In this document: in pieces, positions 63,096-64,000 of the stretch
Numbering within the stretch: position 1 is the first letter of the stretch
Layout of the letters: each line of letters opens with the position of its first letter
Translations under genes and position numbers: made by a program
The notes under the pieces: model-generated
Database searches by the model: none
What the model was told of the DNA's origin: nothing
What the model saw: only the letters and a program-made list of their open reading frames with translations
Assembly (NCBI GenBank): GCA_042408215.1
Contig: JAYFMW010000017.1
Span: 608,001-672,000, forward strand
Direction: 5' to 3'
Length of the DNA stretch: 64,000 nucleotides
Source of the DNA: Microcoleus sp.
GTDB lineage: Bacteria > Cyanobacteriota > Cyanobacteriia > Cyanobacteriales > Microcoleaceae

Positions 63096-64000
63096 TTACG
63101 CTTCCTCGGTGTTGAGGTTGACCAGGAAATCCCAGTTAGAGATAGCATAGTAACAATGTCTATTTGTCACCATACCAGAAGACTTGATTTTTTTATTCAG
63201 TTGATTCCACAGGCTCCAAACCTGCTTAGTTGAGTTCACCTCAACCGAGGCGGTTAAGGAGCCTGGTATTTTTTCCGACAATCTCATTCCCCTACGGGCC
63301 ATCACTAACGCCGCCGCTTCATCACTAGCGAAACCATACATCCTCAGATATTTGACTAAGCCAATGATACTCGAATAAGCCGGATTTACTGCGATCAATT
63401 CTATCCCACGATTAGAAAGAATAGAGTTTAACAACTTGAAAAACTGAGAATAAGCCCAATGTGAAAGCATTCGAGCATACTTTCTACCCCGTTCTCTTAG
63501 TTGTTCTTTCTTAGCACAAAAGTCTAAGGATTCACCAACAATGGGACATTGATAATGGCTTGCCAGTTTCGCCAATTCCAGACAAGCTTTAACAATTTGA
63601 GCCTGTTGTTTACCCTTCGGTAGTCCCGTTTGTAATGGTATTTGATTATGAGCTTTTAAATTCCCTTCTGGGTCGATATAAGCCCAACCAATTGACCCCG
63701 GATTTAGATCAATACCGATACATCCATAATCTACACAACTCGATACCCGCTTAACTTCTGATGGGGTAAAACTCACAGCCGCACACCACTTACCCGATTT
63801 GTAATAGAAGTGCCAAGTTTTAGCGCAATTAGCTGGTAATCGGTTAATGTTACGCGGGAAATCACCAATTTTCGACTCGACATACTTACCAAATTTTGAT
63901 TCTAAACAGGCGGGGACTCTGAATCTTAAATTATTCCCATCCCATTGACATACCTGATTGCCAAATGACTCATTTTTACACCCAACGACAAAGGCTTGAT
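63096..64000 (-). CDS. TnpB-related RuvC nuclease, C2c8 (type V-U2)-like; 5' end outside window
   Basis: Frame is open to the window edge (GCKNESFGNQVCQWDG). RuvC-I GIDLNP, RuvC-II ESLDF, VNPAYSSIIG, RuvC-III SDEAAALVMARRG; no zinc ribbon. Confidence 0.75.
   Translation of the reverse strand, partial: QAFVVGCKNESFGNQVCQWDGNNLRFRVPACLESKFGKYVESKIGDFPRNINRLPANCAKTWHFYYKSGKWCAAVSFTPSEVKRVSSCVDYGCIGIDLNPGSIGWAYIDPEGNLKAHNQIPLQTGLPKGKQQAQIVKACLELAKLASHYQCPIVGESLDFCAKKEQLRERGRKYARMLSHWAYSQFFKLLNSILSNRGIELIAVNPAYSSIIGLVKYLRMYGFASDEAAALVMARRGMRLSEKIPGSLTASVEVNSTKQVWSLWNQLNKKIKSSGMVTNRHCYYAISNWDFLVNLNTEEA

Overview
Chromosomal window from a filamentous cyanobacterium, probably Oscillatoriales (Microcoleus/Tychonema-like). 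This is inferred from psbO, psb29, hemH with a CAB domain, abundant HIP1 (GCGATCGC) sites and heptamer STRR tracts. Housekeeping genes (dapF, hfq, hemF, mrp, psbO, sigF, apt, nrdJ, gdhA, hemH, ABC transporters) are interspersed with many selfish elements. These include a group II intron inserted in the 3' end/omega-RNA region of a tnpB, a group I intron and a LAGLIDADG intein 24 nt apart in the nrdJ active-site region, an ORF-less IS200/IS605 derivative splitting a cpcT-family lyase gene, and several palindromic repeat arrays and MITEs. The best candidates for undescribed biology are: (1) a co-oriented cluster at 43.2-54.1 kb (radical SAM, coiled-coil protein, Clp-like AAA+, Ser/Thr kinase-FGE/CLec, vWA, FHA, PP2C) whose kinase C-terminus shows a DGR-type hypervariation signature shared with a second FGE gene at 8.5-11.6 kb; (2) a DUF559 nuclease bracketed by inverted arrays of a palindrome also found dispersed in the window, resembling RAYT/REP; (3) a TnpB-related/C2c8-like nuclease at the right edge followed by one CRISPR repeat. 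All family assignments come from motif recognition by eye; no searches were run.
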